Below, in pieces: positions 56,199-64,000 of a DNA stretch of 64,000 nucleotides. Below the pieces are notes generated by a model. That model did not search any database, had not been told where the DNA came from, and worked only from the letters and a program-made list of their open reading frames with translations. Position 1 is the first letter of the stretch; every line of letters starts with the position of its first letter. The DNA is from Oscillospiraceae bacterium (GTDB lineage Bacteria; Bacillota; Clostridia; Oscillospirales; Oscillospiraceae). The stretch spans positions 3,165-67,164 of the forward strand of contig JAZRZJ010000038.1 in NCBI GenBank assembly GCA_045601285.1, written 5' to 3'. A program made the position numbers and the translations under genes.

Positions 56199-57206
56199 TT
56201 ACACCTCGATTGCAAGTGCGTGGCAGATTCCCGGAATGCTGTCGCCCTGCTGTGAGGAGGTAGGGGAAAGCAGAGCACCGGTGGGGGCAAAAAGCACCTT
56301 TTTCCAGTTGTTATCCTCAAAGCCGCGCATAATATAGGACGCGAAAACCGATGCCGAGCAGCCGCAGCCCGAACCGCCTGCGTGAACGTCCTGCTTTTTC
56401 CTGTCAAAAATCAGAACTCCGCAGTCGGTGTAGAAGGTGTTGAGGGGCGTTCCGTTTTTGCGGAACAGGTCCTCAAGAATGTCGTGACCGACAGCGCCGA
56501 GGTCACCCGTGACTATCATGTCGTAGTAGTCGGGAGTCCTGCCCGTATCCTCAAAATGAGCTTTCAGCGTTTTATATGCCGCGGGTGCCATTGCGGCGCC
56601 CATGTTGTTTGCGTCAAGAATGCCTGCGTCGACGATCGTGCCTGTTGTAACGTGGGTGATTCGGGGACCGACACCGCCGGACTGAAGAATGACTGCGCCT
56701 GCCCCGGTTACCGTCCATTGTGATGTGGGTGTGCGCTGACCGCCGTATTCAAGAGGGAAGCGGTACTGACGCTCCGAGGAACAGAAGTGGGAGCTTGTGA
56801 GGGCGCACACCTTGTCTGCGAAGCCTCCGTCAATGGCCATTGCTCCCAGCGACATACTCTCGCCCATGGTGGAGCAGGCACCGTAAAGTCCGAAGTAGGA
56901 GACACCGCAGTCCTTCAGCGCATAGCTGGAGCCCATACACTGATTAAGAAGGTCGCCCGAAAAAATGTAGTTAATGTCGCTGACGGCAAGGGAAGCCTTG
57001 TCGCAGGCGGTGTAGAAGCACTGCTTAAGCATGGTGCTTTCGGCCTTTTCCCATGTTTTTTCACCGAAATAGGAGTCATGGGAGATGCAGTCAAAAAAAT
57101 CTTTGAGCGGGCCTTCGCCCTCCTTGTCGCCCACAACCGCTGCGGAAGCGGTGATAACGGGCGGAGCATCGAATTTGACTGTTTGCTTGCCAAGTCTTTT
57201 TGTCAT
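56199..57206 (-). CDS. spoVAD: Stage V sporulation protein AD (SpoVAD)
   Basis: 335 aa, thiolase-like. N-terminus MTKRLGKQTVKFDAPPVITASAAVVGDKEGEGPL is typical of SpoVAD. Confidence 0.85.
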   Translation of the reverse strand: MTKRLGKQTVKFDAPPVITASAAVVGDKEGEGPLKDFFDCISHDSYFGEKTWEKAESTMLKQCFYTACDKASLAVSDINYIFSGDLLNQCMGSSYALKDCGVSYFGLYGACSTMGESMSLGAMAIDGGFADKVCALTSSHFCSSERQYRFPLEYGGQRTPTSQWTVTGAGAVILQSGGVGPRITHVTTGTIVDAGILDANNMGAAMAPAAYKTLKAHFEDTGRTPDYYDMIVTGDLGAVGHDILEDLFRKNGTPLNTFYTDCGVLIFDRKKQDVHAGGSGCGCSASVFASYIMRGFEDNNWKKVLFAPTGALLSPTSSQQGDSIPGICHALAIEV

Positions 57207-57241
57207 AAAAAATCACCGCAGTTAGTATCTGCGGTGATTTT
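57207..57241 (-). terminator. Terminator-like hairpin + U-run abutting the spoVAD start codon
   Basis: Minus strand: AAAATCACCGCAG atactaa CTGCGGTGATTTTTT, then immediately ATG. The only SD-like sequence (GGTGA) is in the 3' arm. Confidence 0.6.
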
Positions 57242-57272
57242 AGTTTTATTACAAAAAGCATTTTTTAAAAAT

Positions 57273-57299
57273 GAAAAGTCCGTCTGAGACGGACTTTTC
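57273..57299 (-). terminator. Intrinsic terminator of spoIIID
   Basis: Minus strand: GAAAAGTCCGTC tcag ACGGACTTTTC followed by ATTTTT. Confidence 0.75.
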
Positions 57300-57546
57300 A
57301 TTCACCCTTATATTTTCTCCTTGTTGCCATGCCGCCGCGTATGTGGCGCTCGGCCTTGTTGATATCAAGCAGCTCACGCACCTGAGCGTACAGCGCGGGA
57401 TTAACGGTGCGGAGTCTTTCCGTAAGGTCCTTGTGTACTGTGCTTTTGGAAACGCCGAACTGCTTTGCCGCGGCACGAACTGTGCTGCGGTGTTCAATGA
57501 TATACACAGCAATGTCGCAGGCGCGTTCTTCGATATTTGTATGCAC
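57298..57546 (-). CDS. spoIIID: Sporulation transcriptional regulator SpoIIID
   Basis: …AAKQFGVSKSTVHKDLTERL…NPALYAQVRELLD.NKAERHIRGG.AT. A GTG start at 57546 after GGGGAG gives about 82 aa, as in known SpoIIID. The ORF-track start at 57639 is unsupported. Confidence 0.85.
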   Translation of the reverse strand: MHTNIEERACDIAVYIIEHRSTVRAAAKQFGVSKSTVHKDLTERLRTVNPALYAQVRELLDINKAERHIRGGMATRRKYKGE

Positions 57547-57710
57547 ATTCACCACTCCCCATATCACGTACTCAATGTATATGAGGACATGGGCGGGTAT
57601 ATGCCCTGTAATGCTGCGTAAGAAAATGTGATTTTTCATAAACAGTTGTTGATTTTACATCTTGTTGTGCTATAATTTTTTCCGTAATTTTTTTATAGGG
57701 GGAAGCCCGT

Positions 57711-59138
57711 ATGTTTAAAACCGCAAAAGAAGTTCAGAGCTTCATTAAAGAAAACGGCATCAGGTTCGTTGATTTCAAGATGACCGACCTTCACGGTCGC
57801 TGGCGTCATCTCACTATCCCCGCTGAAAGATTTGACGAGGATACTCTCGTTTCCGGTATAGGCTTCGATGGCTCCAACTACGGCTATGCCATGGTAGAAA
57901 AGAGCGATATGGTATTCATTCCCGATATCGCCACCGCAATTGTCGACCCCTTTGTCGCGGCTCCCACGCTCACCATGATAGGTGACGTAATGGTTATCGA
58001 AAACCCCGAAAACCGTCCCTTTGACCAGTATCCCCGCAATGTTGCAAAGCGCTCAATTGCCTATATGCAGGAGCTCGGCATTGCAGATGAAATGATTATC
58101 GGACCCGAGTACGAGTTCCACGTGTTCGACGGCATGGAGTATTCCATGAAGCCCAACTCTCTCGGCTATCATCTGGAGTGCGAGGAATCCGTTTGGGCGG
58201 CAAACGAGCCCGGCAGCAACGGCTTCCACACCCAGCCTCACGGCGGCTATCACGCAGATAAGCCCTCCGACCTCACCTTCGACCTGCGCAATCAGATGTG
58301 TGAGGAGCTGAAGCGCTGGGGCGTTGAGGTCAAGTATCATCACCACGAGGTAGGCGGCTCCGGTCAGCTTGAAATCGAGGTCGAGCTGGGCGAAATGACC
58401 AAGCTTGCAGACGGTACGATGGCGGCAAAGTATGTTATCCGCAACACCGCAGCCCAGAACGGCATGACCGCAACCCTCATGCCCAAGCCCGTTTACGGCG
58501 AGGCAGGCAACGGTATGCACGTACATATGCTTCTCAAGAAGGACGGCAAGCCCGTATTCTACGATGAAAACAACTATGCACAGCTTTCCGATACCGCCCT
58601 TTACTTTATCGGCGGTCTCCTGACCCATGTGCGCTCTCTCTGCGCTATCACCAATCCCTCCACCAACTCCTATAAGCGCCTTATCCCCGGCTTCGAGGCA
58701 CCCGTAACCATCGGCTTTGCCACCGCAAACCGCAGCGCCGTTGTGCGTATTCCCGCCTATGTAAAGAGCCCCGACAAAAAGCGCTTTGAGCTTCGCAACC
58801 CCGATGCAATGTGCAATCCCTACTATGCCTATGCCGCTATCCTCATGGCAGGTCTTGACGGCGTGAAGAACAGGATTGACCCCATGGATAAGAATTGGGG
58901 TCCCTTCGACTTCAACCTCTTTAACCTCTCCGATGAGGAGAAGGCAAAGCTGGGCCATCTTCCCGCAAGCCTTGATGAAGCTCTTGACGCACTGGAGGAG
59001 GATTACGAATACCTCACTGCAGGCGGCGTATTCCCCGAGACTCTCATCAAAACATGGATCAAGACCATTCGTGCCGAGGCACGCAGGATAAACAGCATTC
59101 CTCACCCCGCAGAGTTCGAGATGTACTATGACCTGTAA
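57711..59138 (+). CDS. glnA: Glutamine synthetase, type I
   Basis: 475 aa. GS beta-grasp plus catalytic domain (…HHHEVGGSGQLEI…, NGMHVHM). Promoter TTGATT-16-TGcTATAAT upstream. Confidence 0.9.
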   Translation: MFKTAKEVQSFIKENGIRFVDFKMTDLHGRWRHLTIPAERFDEDTLVSGIGFDGSNYGYAMVEKSDMVFIPDIATAIVDPFVAAPTLTMIGDVMVIENPENRPFDQYPRNVAKRSIAYMQELGIADEMIIGPEYEFHVFDGMEYSMKPNSLGYHLECEESVWAANEPGSNGFHTQPHGGYHADKPSDLTFDLRNQMCEELKRWGVEVKYHHHEVGGSGQLEIEVELGEMTKLADGTMAAKYVIRNTAAQNGMTATLMPKPVYGEAGNGMHVHMLLKKDGKPVFYDENNYAQLSDTALYFIGGLLTHVRSLCAITNPSTNSYKRLIPGFEAPVTIGFATANRSAVVRIPAYVKSPDKKRFELRNPDAMCNPYYAYAAILMAGLDGVKNRIDPMDKNWGPFDFNLFNLSDEEKAKLGHLPASLDEALDALEEDYEYLTAGGVFPETLIKTWIKTIRAEARRINSIPHPAEFEMYYDL

Positions 59139-59332
59139 TTTCAGCCTTAAAAGCCCGCTTCGGCGGGCTTTTGATTTTTACTACAAAAATTAAAACAAAT
59201 AACGGTAATATATCTAAATAATATCGAAGAAAATTTACAATTTGGCATATTGCAGGTTTACGTAATGTGTGATAATATATAAAGAGCTTATTTAAATTGT
59301 ATAATTTTAAAACAATACAAGGGGGAAACACT

Positions 59333-62300
59333 ATGAAAAAACGTGTTATCAGCTTTGTGTTGGTTGTTCTGATGCTTGCAACTTTGATGCCCTTCGGAGC
59401 TTTTGCTCTGGGCGATATTGCAGTCACAAAACAGCCCACATCCCAAACGGTATATGCGGGTGAAACCGCAGTATTTCAGTTTGAGGCAAAAAGAACCGGC
59501 ACACTCACCGGAGGAGATGTCAATTACCTTTGGTTTGATGCCGACGAAATTGATTTGAGCGGACTGGACTTCTTGCTTAAGATTTCCGCTGTTCTGAACA
59601 AGGCGCTGGACACAGACGAGACACTTGTGCTTAATAATGTAACGTCCGATATGGACGGAATGAATATCCGCTGTGCCGCGTGGTATGTGGACGGCCTGAA
59701 CAAGAGAGGCATTGTTCTCAGCGATACCGTTACCCTTCATGTAAAGATTCACGAGGCATGCGCTGTGCATTCCCTTGTTTATCATGCGGCGAAGGCTCCC
59801 ACCTGTATCGGTGATGGCAGCATTGAATACTGGCAGTGCGATGTATGCCACAGAATCTACATGGACAGCGCGGCAAAACTTGAAATCACCCTCAAGGACA
59901 CTGTTGTGCCTAAAGATCCTTCCGCACACGATATGGAACACCATGACCGGGTTGAGCCCACCTGCAGGAAGGACGGCAACATCGAGTACTGGCAGTGCGA
60001 GCTCTGCGGCAACAGATACGATAATCCCGAAGGAACGGGCAATACCCTGAAGCTCAGCGATATTGAAATTGATAACAGCAAAGCAAAGCATCAGCTTACC
60101 GTTGTTCCCTATAAGGCGGCAACCTGCTGCGAAGAGGGCAACAAGGAATATTACGTCTGTGATGTCTGCGGGGATTACTTCAATGCTGCAGGTACTGTTG
60201 AGTACAGCAAGAGCGATGTTAAGCTTCCCGTAGTTCCTCACACCACGGCTTTCGATTATGATGAGACTTACCACTGGCAGTACTGCATCGTGTGCGGCAC
60301 CATCATTGAAAATACCACCGAAGCACACAATGATGCACAGCACAAGGCAACCTGCTGCTCCAAGGCAATCTGCGAGTGCGGCTATAAGCACGGCGATTTT
60401 GACATTGACAATCACGTAAACACAGAGATCCGCGAATTCAAGGAAGCTACCACAGAAGCACCCGGCTACACCGGTGATGTATGGTGCCTTGACTGTGGCA
60501 GAATGCTTGAAAAGGGACATGAGAGCGACCAGCTCTGCGCACATAATCTTCAGCATTTTGACGCAAAGGAAGAAGGCTGCGAACACTGCGAAGACGGCGG
60601 CATCGGCAATATTGAATACTGGTACTGCGACAAGTGCGGCTGCTACTTCACTGATGAAAACGCAAAAAATGAAGTAAGCGCAGATGATGTTTTCATCGAG
60701 GCTCACCCCCATTACATATCATTTTTCGGTGAGACTACCGCAAATATTTCAATCCAGCAATATGCATACAATTCAGTAGGACACTGGAAAGAATGCAAAT
60801 ACTGCCATTATCAGTATAACGTACCTTCCTCTCATACATTCATTTCTCTGAATATATACACCTGCTGCAGCGGTAACACCTGCCTTGCCTGCGGCTATGA
60901 CGACGGTCAGCGCAACCCCGGCAATCACGTGGGCGGAACTGAAATCGTGGGTGTCTGTGAGCCCGAAGACACGAATCCCGGCTACACCGGTGATACAGTA
61001 TGCCTTGGCTGCGGAGAGATTCTGCAGAAGGGTTGGGAATACTATCCCGTATGCGAGGACGGCAAATGCGCCGACCACCTGAAGCATATTGCAGCAGTTC
61101 CCGGCACCTGCACCGCAGACGGCACTCTGGAGCACTGGCAGTGCGTGAAGTGCGGCAATATCTACATGGACGCAAAAGCAACCATTCCCGGCGATAAGGA
61201 CACCATTGTTGATGAATGCACCGGACATGAGCTCCACCCCGGTTCCGATGCCCTCAGTTCCGTTGACATTATTTCCCTTGCAAGCAGAATGGGCTGGGAA
61301 GTAAACGATATACTTGCAATTATTGGAAGCGGCAACTTCTCTGAGCTTTCTTTAATCAACGTCGATGATTTTCTTGACAAAATAACAGTTGCGGACATCG
61401 ACCATTGCCACGATGACACATATCATTGGCTCGGCTGTCAGAAGTGCGGCAAGAGCTTTGCGGATATCCGCGATGAACTTGAGAAGCAGGGACTCTACAT
61501 TAACGAAAAGTGGTATCAGCTCAGCGAAAAGCAGGAGCACAGCGGCGGCCATGCAACCTGCTGCACCAAAGCGGTTTGCGATGTATGCGGTGAAGAATAC
61601 GGCGAAATCGGCGATCACGAGTATGAAAAGGTTGTGATTCCCGCAACCTGCACCGAGCCCGGCTGCATTAAATATGTCTGCACCGGCTGCGGACTTGTTG
61701 ACGAAAGCCGCACAGAAAGCTTCCCCGCACTTGGCCACCAGTACGAGAAGGGCGTCTGCACCCGCGTTGACTCTGACGGACATCAGTGCGGTGCAAGAGT
61801 CACCAATCCGTTCTGGGACGTAAGCAATAAGGATCAGTATTACACCGCAATCATGTGGGCATATACCTATGACCCGCAGATTACCTCGGGTACTGATGAA
61901 ACACACTTCAGCCCCAGCTCCCCCTGCACTCGCGGTCAGGTTGTAACGTTCCTCTGGCGTGCCGCAGGCCGTCCGGAACCCGCAAGCCTTAATAATCCCT
62001 TCAGCGATGTGTTCAGCACCGGCGCCTGCGCACCCTTCTACAAGGCAATTCTGTGGGCAGCAGAGCAGGGAATAACCACCGGCTACAATGACGGAACCTT
62101 CAAGCCCAGCAAGACCGTTTCCCGTGCAGAGTTCGTAACATTCCTCTGGCGTTACTTTGGTGAGCCCGCCTCAAGAGGAAGCGTTGCAGGCTTTGCCGAT
62201 GCAGCCTCAATAGCAACACCCTTCCGCGCGGCAGTTGCATGGGCTGTTGAAAACGGCATCACCACCGGCTATCAGGACAATACCTTCCGTCCCAATGTAA

Positions 62301-62365
62301 CCTGCAATCGCTGGCAGGTAGTTATGTTCATGTACCGCGCCATCGGCGAAGGCAAGGCATACTGA
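59333..62365 (+). CDS. Large secreted SLH-anchored protein built from repeated Cys-rich (CxxC) modules
   Basis: About 1010 aa from MKKRVISFVLVVLMLATLMPFGAFA (signal peptide). N-terminal Ig-like segment, at least 10 Cys-rich repeats (e.g. TC..DG.IEYWQC..C...Y), then three C-terminal SLH repeats (FWDVSNKDQYY…, FSDVFSTGAC…, FADAASIATPF…). Confidence 0.8.
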   Translation: MKKRVISFVLVVLMLATLMPFGAFALGDIAVTKQPTSQTVYAGETAVFQFEAKRTGTLTGGDVNYLWFDADEIDLSGLDFLLKISAVLNKALDTDETLVLNNVTSDMDGMNIRCAAWYVDGLNKRGIVLSDTVTLHVKIHEACAVHSLVYHAAKAPTCIGDGSIEYWQCDVCHRIYMDSAAKLEITLKDTVVPKDPSAHDMEHHDRVEPTCRKDGNIEYWQCELCGNRYDNPEGTGNTLKLSDIEIDNSKAKHQLTVVPYKAATCCEEGNKEYYVCDVCGDYFNAAGTVEYSKSDVKLPVVPHTTAFDYDETYHWQYCIVCGTIIENTTEAHNDAQHKATCCSKAICECGYKHGDFDIDNHVNTEIREFKEATTEAPGYTGDVWCLDCGRMLEKGHESDQLCAHNLQHFDAKEEGCEHCEDGGIGNIEYWYCDKCGCYFTDENAKNEVSADDVFIEAHPHYISFFGETTANISIQQYAYNSVGHWKECKYCHYQYNVPSSHTFISLNIYTCCSGNTCLACGYDDGQRNPGNHVGGTEIVGVCEPEDTNPGYTGDTVCLGCGEILQKGWEYYPVCEDGKCADHLKHIAAVPGTCTADGTLEHWQCVKCGNIYMDAKATIPGDKDTIVDECTGHELHPGSDALSSVDIISLASRMGWEVNDILAIIGSGNFSELSLINVDDFLDKITVADIDHCHDDTYHWLGCQKCGKSFADIRDELEKQGLYINEKWYQLSEKQEHSGGHATCCTKAVCDVCGEEYGEIGDHEYEKVVIPATCTEPGCIKYVCTGCGLVDESRTESFPALGHQYEKGVCTRVDSDGHQCGARVTNPFWDVSNKDQYYTAIMWAYTYDPQITSGTDETHFSPSSPCTRGQVVTFLWRAAGRPEPASLNNPFSDVFSTGACAPFYKAILWAAEQGITTGYNDGTFKPSKTVSRAEFVTFLWRYFGEPASRGSVAGFADAASIATPFRAAVAWAVENGITTGYQDNTFRPNVTCNRWQVVMFMYRAIGEGKAY

Positions 62366-62384
62366 TTAATACCAAAATAAGTCT

Positions 62385-62444
62385 ACAATATGTATAATAA
62401 AATCCGACGGCAGACTTGCCGTCGGATTTTATTATACATATTGT
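62385..62444. terminator. 28-bp perfect-stem hairpin after the SLH gene
   Basis: ACAATATGTATAATAAAATCCGACGGCA gact TGCCGTCGGATTTTATTATACATATTGT. Confidence 0.8.
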
Positions 62445-62604
62445 GTGGTATATATGGCAATTTTGCACAAAAAGCATCATTGTAAATGGACAAATTAATG
62501 AAATAGTATAAATAAATTGACTTTGAAAGACTAAAGAGCTAAAATATTAACAAGCTAATAAAATCGGCATTATAATTAGCAAAAATTGATTGGGGGAATA
62601 AACA

Positions 62605-63801
62605 ATGAGAGATCTAAAGCATCTGCAATACTTTGAAGACCTCCTTCAGGAGGCCAACAATGAGCTCATTGTCAAGGCTAAGAGCGAGGGTAAAGTCTGC
62701 GCTGCATTCCTGTGCGAGAATACACCCGAGCCTCTTATGAACCTTGGCGGTACCTTCGGTGTGCGTCTGTTTGCACCGAATACGGGCTCTATGGATATTG
62801 CAACCTACTACATGACCAGCCTGCTGTGCGAAAACAGCCGCGCTCTGCTTGAAAGAGCAATTGAAGGCGGCTTCAACTTCGCCGACTGTCTGGTTGCACC
62901 CGACGGCTGTACCATGATAAACCGTGCCGCAGAGAATATGGAGCTGCTGCACACCATGGACGGCGGCGATCCCAGATTCTTCTATGAGAACATGGAAATC
63001 GCACTTAAGGCTGACGAAAACGGCGTTAACCTTATGAAGCTGCAGTGCCAGAACCACATCCTGACTCCTCTGGCAGAAAACTACGGCATCGACACCTCCG
63101 ACAAGGCTATCCGCGAGGCTGTCAAGGAGCATAATGAAATCTGCGAGCTCATCATGGCGCTGAGCCAGTTCCGCAAGGAAGAGAAGCCCAGGATCACCGG
63201 CTATGAATTTGCGGTATTCACTCTTGCTACATACGTCTGCCCCAAGTATCTCATCAAGGAAAAGCTGCAGGAAACCCTGAAGGAAGTTGCCAAGAGAGAA
63301 CCCGACGACAAGCCCTACCGCGCACGCGTTGCCGTTGTCGGCTCCGAGATCGACGACCTCAGCCTCATCAAGCTCATTGAGGACTGCGGTGCTTATGTTG
63401 CAGCCGACCGCTACTGCTTCGGCGCATTCCCCGGCAGACTTCCCATCAAGATGACCGACGATGAGGATGCTTTCACCCAGGTTTGCCGTCACTACGTAAT
63501 GATGAGCCAGTGTCCTCGCTACATGGATATGCCCAAGGTATACGGACGCAAGCAGTATGTTGCTGACCTTGCCAAGGAATACGGAGTTGACGGCATTATC
63601 TATGAGCAGGTCAACTTCTGTGACCCCTGGGCATACGAGAAGCTTCTCGGCTCCACCATGCTTCAGGATGACTACGGCTACCCCGTTCTCGCAGTCAACA
63701 GACCCTACAACATTGCATCCTCTATCGGACAGATGCGCACTCGCGTACAGGCATTCGTAGAAAGCATTGAGATCAAGAAGATTCAGGGAGGTGCCAAGTA
63801 A
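62605..63801 (+). CDS. 2-hydroxyacyl-CoA dehydratase family subunit (BcrC/BadD/HgdB-like)
   Basis: 398 aa with family-typical conserved Cys positions (…VCAAFLCENTP…, …ADRYCFG…, …QVNFCDPW…). Highly biased codon usage. Promoter TTGACT-17-TAAAAT upstream. Confidence 0.7.
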   Translation: MRDLKHLQYFEDLLQEANNELIVKAKSEGKVCAAFLCENTPEPLMNLGGTFGVRLFAPNTGSMDIATYYMTSLLCENSRALLERAIEGGFNFADCLVAPDGCTMINRAAENMELLHTMDGGDPRFFYENMEIALKADENGVNLMKLQCQNHILTPLAENYGIDTSDKAIREAVKEHNEICELIMALSQFRKEEKPRITGYEFAVFTLATYVCPKYLIKEKLQETLKEVAKREPDDKPYRARVAVVGSEIDDLSLIKLIEDCGAYVAADRYCFGAFPGRLPIKMTDDEDAFTQVCRHYVMMSQCPRYMDMPKVYGRKQYVADLAKEYGVDGIIYEQVNFCDPWAYEKLLGSTMLQDDYGYPVLAVNRPYNIASSIGQMRTRVQAFVESIEIKKIQGGAK

Positions 63802-64000
63802 TGAAGACTGTTGTTGTTGTATACAATACCAAGAAGAAAAAGGGCGAAACTCAATACGGTAAGCTCTTTAATGAAGGCAAGGTAAGAAAACGCCGTGAGT
63901 GGCGCGGACTCAAGGACACCCTCTATGATTTCAGCAGATGGCTGTATCTGTGGGGCATCGTTATCGATGTTACCATGTCCAAGGGCGCGATCAAGGGCCT
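63801..64000 (+). CDS. Start of the next gene in the dehydratase operon (partial; probably the partner subunit)
   Basis: The ATG overlaps the upstream stop (TAATG). The open frame MKTVVVVYNTKKKKGETQYGKLFNEGK… runs to the window end. Not in the ORF track because no stop is reached. Confidence 0.5.
   Translation, partial: MKTVVVVYNTKKKKGETQYGKLFNEGKVRKRREWRGLKDTLYDFSRWLYLWGIVIDVTMSKGAIKG

Overview
This window looks like chromosomal DNA from a spore-forming, Clostridia-type Firmicute. That assignment is an inference from spoIIID, spoVAD/spoVAEb, SLH-domain wall proteins, NfnAB, a 2-hydroxyacyl-CoA dehydratase, and a strong G/C preference at codon position 3. The same codon bias produces many long antisense shadow ORFs. 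I support about 55 protein genes, two tRNAs (Met-CAT, Glu-TTC) and what looks like the 3' end of tmRNA at the left edge.

Most of the content is housekeeping:
- Glycolysis: pgk-tpiA-gpmI-eno.
- Translation: rplU-rpmA-obg, an EF-G paralog, and the RNA-modification genes rlmB, trmL, trmO and tmcAL.
- Central metabolism: ackA, glnA, plsY, galM.
- Transport and redox: feoAB, NfnAB, several transporters.

The most unusual locus is at 2.7-10.6 kb. Two paralogous modules lie head-to-head, each made of a HypA-like nickel metallochaperone gene and an ~880-aa multi-domain Fe-S flavoprotein gene. A flavodoxin-ferredoxin fusion gene sits next door, and there is no hydrogenase, urease, CODH or other hyp gene anywhere in the window.

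Other points worth a second look:
- An ABC exporter + barnase + barstar operon.
- An 800-aa membrane protein that looks like a catalytically dead P-type ATPase.
- A ~1010-aa SLH-anchored protein built from repeated CxxC modules.
- spoVAD-spoVAEb without spoVAC, preceded by back-to-back terminators.
- Relic duplications next to ssrA and tRNA-Glu.
- At least five families of intergenic hairpin or MITE-like repeats, including a 3 x 101-bp tandem array and a ~227-bp long palindrome.

All functional calls come from motif recognition by eye. No database search was run.
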